NCBI RefSeq assembly: GCF_964194155.1
Contig: NC_135907.1
Location: 15,934,001 to 15,998,000 of the forward strand
DNA: 64,000 nt
Source: Cetorhinus maximus
Taxonomy: Eukaryota
Direction: 5' to 3'
A model generated the notes under the pieces. That model saw only the letters and a list, made by a program, of their open reading frames with translations, ran no database searches and was not told the DNA's origin. Within the stretch, counting starts at the first letter, position 1. The number at the start of each line of letters is the position of its first letter. Both the position numbers and the translations under genes were made by a program. Below are positions 63,727-64,000 of the stretch, one piece after another.

Positions 63727-64000
63727 GGCTTGCAAGTGTGAGAGTGACCATAAATGAAATAAAATGAAAGAATTGCATTTATAATACCCTCAAAGTATTT
63801 CACAGCCTTTATTTTCTTCCAAAAGTATACTGTATTCATAAAATTTATAGAAGTACATTTCGTAACAGTTTCAAGTTGACATTACATAAAGTGCGATACA
63901 GATCAGTTTATTTCAATACAGTACATGACACTCTGAGGTGTCTCGTTTATATTTACAATATTTATTTCATGTCAAACATACAGCTCGAGGGATTATTTAG

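Overview
Vertebrate genomic DNA. The repeat set (CR1, Deu-domain SINEs, Penelope-type repeats) suggests a cartilaginous fish (shark); this is inference. The window holds a complete + strand KMT5C (SUV420H2) H4K20 methyltransferase gene: 8 coding exons at 31925-48187, 2553 nt, 850 aa, with a CpG-rich promoter and probable non-coding exons near 27.1-27.7 kb. It is followed by the promoter and first coding exon of HSPBP1 (56.3 kb and 63297-63422). The rest is mostly decayed transposons: two Ty3/Gypsy LTR elements (one lacking pol), solo LTRs, PIF/Harbinger-type MITEs, CR1, L2-like and RTE LINEs, two tRNA-derived SINE families, and Penelope-like remnants carrying a minimal hammerhead-ribozyme motif. 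Several well-formed minus-strand exon candidates hint at an unannotated transcript divergent from KMT5C. There are two N gaps. Coordinates of repeats are approximate, and all homology calls are from recognition, not database searches.
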